This document shows, piece after piece, positions 59,798 to 64,000 of a DNA stretch of 64,000 nt (positions are counted from its first letter, which is position 1; the number at the start of each line of letters is the position of its first letter). The DNA comes from Eubacteriales bacterium (GTDB lineage: Bacteria; Bacillota; Clostridia; Oscillospirales; CAG-272): positions 54,560 to 118,559 of the forward strand of contig JAZNKD010000027.1 of assembly GCA_045578385.1 (NCBI GenBank), read 5' to 3'. The notes under the pieces were generated by a model. That model ran no database searches and was not told the DNA's origin. It saw only the letters and a list, made by a program, of their open reading frames with translations. The position numbers and the translations under genes are program-made.

Positions 59798-61147
59798 TTA
59801 CACCACGCCCTGCGCGAGCATAGCGTCTGCAACCTTAATGAAGCCTGCAATATTTGCACCTGCTACGAGGTTGCCTTCCATACCAAAGGTCTTTGCGGCC
59901 TTGACAGAGCTTTCGTAAATATTCTTCATAATACCCTTAAGCTTCTCGTCTACCTCTTCGCTGGACCAGCTATAGCGCATAGAGTTCTGAGACATTTCAA
60001 GTCCCGAAACTGATACGCCGCCTGCATTTACAGCCTTAGAAGGAGCAACAACCACACCGTTTTCCATAAGATATGCAAGCGCCTCGTTGGTGGTGGGCAT
60101 ATTCGAAACCTCAACGTAATATTTAACTCCGTTGGCAACAATCTTTTTAGCTTCTTCCATACCAACCTCGTTCTGAGTAGCGCAAGGCATAACTACGTCA
60201 ACCTTTACGCCCCAAGGCTTCTCACCCTTGAAGAACGGAACGCCAAATTTATCCGCATAGTCCTCAACTCTGTTACGGCAGGAAGCTCGCATCTCAACCA
60301 TAAAATCAATCTTTTCCTTAGTATTGATACCGTCTTTATCATAAACGTAGCCGTCGGGACCGGAAATAGTTACCACCTTACCGCCAAGCTCGGTTATCTT
60401 AAGAGCCGTGCCCCAAGCCACGTTGCCGAAGCCCGAAATAGCAAAGGTTTTTCCCTTAATATCCTCACCATAATCGGCAAGCATATAGGATGCATAATAA
60501 ACCGCTCCGAAGCCCGTAGCCTCGGGACGAATGAGAGAGCCGCCGTAAGGAAGTCCCTTACCGGTAAGAACACCCGTAAATTCATCGCGAAGCCTCTTAT
60601 ACTGACCGAAAAGATATCCTATTTCTCTTGCGCCTACGCCTATGTCGCCTGCGGGAACGTCAGTATCCGCACCTATGTATTTTGAAAGCTCCGTCATAAA
60701 GCTCTGGCAGAATCGCATAACCTCCATATCGGACTTTCCCTTAGGGTCGAAGTCTGAGCCTCCCTTACCTCCGCCCATAGGAAGTCCGGTAAGAGAGTTT
60801 TTAAAGGTCTGCTCAAAGCCAAGGAATTTTATAATACTCTCGTTGACGCTCGGGTGGAATCTGAGACCTCCCTTGTAAGGACCGATTGCACTGTTAAACT
60901 GAATTCTGAAGCCGCGGTTTACAACTACGTTTCCATTGTCATCTACCCACGGAACTCTGAACTTTATTATTCTCTCAGGCTCAACGAGTCTTTCAATTAC
61001 TCCCGCCTTTATATATTCGGGACGCTGCTCAAGAACGGGCTCTATGGATTCCAACACCTCGCGCACCGTCTGATGAAACTCAGACTCGCCCGGATTGCGA
61101 CGCTCTACGCGCTCCATAAGGTCGTTTAAATAAGCTGATTTGAACAT
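59798..61147 (-). CDS. gdhA: NADP-specific glutamate dehydrogenase
   Basis: GPYKGGLRFHP, GGGKGG, DVPAGDIGVG, RPEATG, GFGNV, NAGGV; GGAGG before ATG 61147. Confidence 0.96.
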   Translation of the reverse strand: MFKSAYLNDLMERVERRNPGESEFHQTVREVLESIEPVLEQRPEYIKAGVIERLVEPERIIKFRVPWVDDNGNVVVNRGFRIQFNSAIGPYKGGLRFHPSVNESIIKFLGFEQTFKNSLTGLPMGGGKGGSDFDPKGKSDMEVMRFCQSFMTELSKYIGADTDVPAGDIGVGAREIGYLFGQYKRLRDEFTGVLTGKGLPYGGSLIRPEATGFGAVYYASYMLADYGEDIKGKTFAISGFGNVAWGTALKITELGGKVVTISGPDGYVYDKDGINTKEKIDFMVEMRASCRNRVEDYADKFGVPFFKGEKPWGVKVDVVMPCATQNEVGMEEAKKIVANGVKYYVEVSNMPTTNEALAYLMENGVVVAPSKAVNAGGVSVSGLEMSQNSMRYSWSSEEVDEKLKGIMKNIYESSVKAAKTFGMEGNLVAGANIAGFIKVADAMLAQGVV

Positions 61148-61380
61148 AGGAATTTCCTCCAATAAAAAATATGCTTTATTTTACCACATTTCGACAATGA
61201 AATCAATACTTTTGCAAGATTTTTTTGCCATACTTGCATTTTTTATATATTATTTGCTGATTCAACCTGCAAAATGAAAGAAATTTGGAAAAAATATTCA
61301 ATTATAGCAATTAATCTTTGTTTTATTTTCTAACGCTCCGTCGGACAATATTATCAGTACGTCGAATAAAGGATTACGTG

Positions 61381-62874
61381 ATGAAGATAAAAATTCTGTC
61401 TAAATTTGAAAAATCAAAAAAATATATAGCTCTCGACAGGTTGAATATGCCCGCAAAATCCTCCTTATATTTTACAGCGTCGAATCTTATCGCCAAAGGA
61501 GCATCCTTCCTTTTCACTCCCGTATTCACAAGGCTTCTCACTGCGGAAGAATACGGTGAATATTCTCTTTTTTCAAGCTATCTCTCTATTGCTGTCGTAA
61601 TTATAACACTTGAAATGCCGGGAAGTATAATAATGCGCGCTTTCCAAAAAAAAAGAGGGCTTGAGCATATTTCTGTAATAACCGCATTCTTTATTTCCTT
61701 ACTGCTTTCATTCCCCACCGTTCTCTTGATGTATCTCTTTTTGCAAAACGGCTCTCTTACGTTTCGCGGTGCGTACTTATTTCTTCTTATAACTTTAATT
61801 TCCCTTTCCTTCATCAATTTATATATATCAAAATGTAAATTTCTTTATAACTGGCGGCCGCCGTTTGCCGTAGCGATTATACAGAGCGTGCTAACGCCTG
61901 CCTTAAGCGTCGGCTTAATTGTTTTTTCGGGACTTGATGAAGGGGACCGTGTGGGTCTGAAAATAGGCACGAGTGCGGTTATAAGCTCTGCCGTTGCATT
62001 ATTTCTTTTAATTGTATCCGTATGGCGCGCGTATGGAGAAGCAAAATCACTAAAAATTGAAATCGGTCATTTAAAGAGCTATTTATGGGAGCTTACGTGT
62101 TTTTTGTTAAAGCTTTCAATTCCGCTTTTGCCTTATTATTTTTCGGTTATGCTTATATCTCAAACTGACAAGCTTTTCATATCCTCGTATCTCGGGCGCG
62201 AAGCACTAGGAAAATACTCGGTTGCTTACTCCGCCGGCGTTGCTCTTACCGCACTCACAAGCGGATTTATGAGCGCTCTTTGTCCGTGGATAATGAGAAA
62301 AGTGCGCGCAGGAGAAACTTTGATACTGAAAAAGGCGCTGGAGCTTATAATCAGACTTACTCTGCCCGTAATCTTGATTTTTCTTTGCATATCTCCCGAA
62401 ATTTTCGGCATTCTCGCCCCGATAGAATATAAAAGCGCCTTACCCGTGTTATTTATTATATCAATAGTACCTCTTTTTCTTGCGGTTTCCCAATCCTTGT
62501 GCAGTATTGCGATAGCAAAGGAAAAAACGGTTGGAGTGATTATTTCAGGAATTATTCCCGCAGTCCTTTCGCTATTCGGAAATATATTTTTTATAAATCT
62601 CGGTAAGCTTTTTATACCAGCCATTATAACCGCTTTGAGTTATTTGGTTCTTATGCTATGCGAAACAGTAAATGTAGGTAAAATATTAGGAAAGTCGCCA
62701 TTAAATGTAAGCAAAACATTACAATCTATACTTTTATTTGCTTTAGTCTCATCGGTTATATTTTTGTTCGCAGATATTTTTATAGCAAGAACAATTATAC
62801 TGATACCCATAGCAGCCTATTTACTTTATATGCTGAAGGGCGCCCGTTGGTTACTGAATGAAAAATGCAAATAA
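61381..62874 (+). CDS. Wzx-like polysaccharide flippase (MOP superfamily)
   Basis: Multi-TM; KSSLYF..N...KG..F..TP.FTRLL..EEYG, SQTDK.FI..YLG.EALG.YS. Confidence 0.8.
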   Translation: MKIKILSKFEKSKKYIALDRLNMPAKSSLYFTASNLIAKGASFLFTPVFTRLLTAEEYGEYSLFSSYLSIAVVIITLEMPGSIIMRAFQKKRGLEHISVITAFFISLLLSFPTVLLMYLFLQNGSLTFRGAYLFLLITLISLSFINLYISKCKFLYNWRPPFAVAIIQSVLTPALSVGLIVFSGLDEGDRVGLKIGTSAVISSAVALFLLIVSVWRAYGEAKSLKIEIGHLKSYLWELTCFLLKLSIPLLPYYFSVMLISQTDKLFISSYLGREALGKYSVAYSAGVALTALTSGFMSALCPWIMRKVRAGETLILKKALELIIRLTLPVILIFLCISPEIFGILAPIEYKSALPVLFIISIVPLFLAVSQSLCSIAIAKEKTVGVIISGIIPAVLSLFGNIFFINLGKLFIPAIITALSYLVLMLCETVNVGKILGKSPLNVSKTLQSILLFALVSSVIFLFADIFIARTIILIPIAAYLLYMLKGARWLLNEKCK

Positions 62875-63239
62875 TAATGCGTCAGCATCAATTCATCTAT
62901 AAAAACAAACAGAGCAATGTGTGATGTTCTTATCTAAGAATTTTAAAATTCCGCTAAAAACACCACGCTAAACCGTTTGCTTTTCTTTATTTATAAGCTA
63001 TAATAGCCGCTTTCAAAATAAAAATTAAGTTCTGCACAAACAGCATGACACAGTAATCGGTAAGCCGATGCTTTACACACCCTCCAAAATCGGCAAATAT
63101 CGGTTTAAAATCTAAAACAGCTTCAATGAAGTTTTGAATCCAAACCACATTTTATGCAGACTTGCGCGCAGCTTCTTTTTTCTTTCACCCGATTTCTTCA
63201 CTCCAAGCAAAACTTAGGTTTGTTTTGTTGGAATAAAGC

Positions 63240-63289
63240 AAAAACAGCAGCTTTACCGCCATACCGTGCTAAGTAAACCTGCTGTTTTT
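63240..63289 (-). terminator. terminator after typA
   Basis: AAAAACAGCAG...CTGCTGTTTTT. Confidence 0.65.
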
Positions 63290-63306
63290 CGCATTTTTTA
63301 TTTAAA

Positions 63307-64000
63307 TTATTTTCCCTCTTTGAGAGCTGCGCGCTTCTGAGCCTGGATTCTCTTTCTCGAGGGAGTGTCAAGCACTACCTTGCGGAGTCTGATGCTCTTT
63401 GGAGTTACCTCTATAAGCTCATCATCTGCGATAAACTCTATTGCTTCCTCAAGGGAAAGCTGAACCGGTGTTATAAGAGTCAGCTTTTCATCAGCGCCCG
63501 AGGAACGAATAGCGGTAAGGTGCTTTTCGCGGCAAACGTTAACCTCTATATCGTCGGGCTTAGGGTTCTCTCCGACTATCATACCCTCGTAAACGGGAGT
63601 TGCGGGGCCTATGAACAACGGGCCTCTGTCCTGAGACTGAAACAGTCCGTAGGTGGTTGCAATACCCTTTTCGCTTGCAATAAGCGACGAGGTAAATCTC
63701 GTCTTTATTTCGCCCTTAAACGGCTCGTAGCCCGCGAAAATAGAAGATATAAGTCCCTCTCCTCTCGTATCGGTAAGAAGCTCGCTTCTGTATCCGAAAA
63801 GGCATCTTGTGGGAATGGTGTAGTACAGCTTCTGTCTGGTGCCGTGGAGCTGCATATCGTTAAGAATTCCCTTTCTCGCTCCGAGCTTTTCCATAACCGA
63901 GCCCATATACATATCGGGAACGTCTATAATTACGTTCTCGATGGGCTCGCACTTAACGCCGTCTATCTCTTTGTAAAGAACTCTGGGGTTTGAGCAGCAA
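63307..64000 (-). CDS. typA: translational GTPase TypA/BipA, C-terminal part (runs off window)
   Basis: IPTR.L.GYRSE.LTDTRG.G, VYEGMIVGEN, VNVC..K.LT, LEEA.EFI.DDEL.EVTPKSIRLRK. Confidence 0.93.
   Translation of the reverse strand, partial: CCSNPRVLYKEIDGVKCEPIENVIIDVPDMYMGSVMEKLGARKGILNDMQLHGTRQKLYYTIPTRCLFGYRSELLTDTRGEGLISSIFAGYEPFKGEIKTRFTSSLIASEKGIATTYGLFQSQDRGPLFIGPATPVYEGMIVGENPKPDDIEVNVCREKHLTAIRSSGADEKLTLITPVQLSLEEAIEFIADDELIEVTPKSIRLRKVVLDTPSRKRIQAQKRAALKEGK

Noticed and set aside
62875..63240. Possible sRNA or small ORF between the flippase and typA
   Set aside because: No convincing promoter, RBS-linked ORF or stable structure was recognised.

Overview
Chromosomal segment of a low-GC, probably anaerobic and spore-forming Clostridia-like Firmicute. 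This is inferred from the T-box, tandem glycine riboswitch, NrdD, FprA/desulfoferrodoxin, sigma-A and sigma-K-like promoters. Left edge (1-4041): the tail end of a tightly overlapped operon of phage-tail-like genes followed by uncharacterised membrane proteins. Housekeeping genes follow: an MFS transporter; a divergent ThyX-like gene heading a pth-mfd-PrsA-like-AEC operon; T-box-thrS; serine dehydratase; tRNA-Cys; a glycine riboswitch-AGCS symporter; MATE-dusB-MATE; nrdD with NrdR boxes; and a Phd/Doc toxin-antitoxin pair. Next come a Crp/Fnr-ldh locus, an oxidative-stress operon with a PerR-like box (flavodiiron protein, desulfoferrodoxin, ferritin, rubredoxin), a ThrE pair, an acyltransferase, a GH127 enzyme, a small sporulation-like pair including an uncalled 31-aa Cys-rich peptide, and topB. 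The right part holds a nucleoside-salvage cluster (tdk-deoC-deoD-deoB-cdd-pdp-udk), a complete F1Fo operon with a Na+-type c subunit, gdhA, an orphan flippase and the 3' part of typA. The least explained items are three structured intergenic elements (5.6, 18.3 and 59.3 kb), the non-canonical ThyX-like protein and the phage-tail/membrane module. All calls are by-eye motif recognition; no database search was run.
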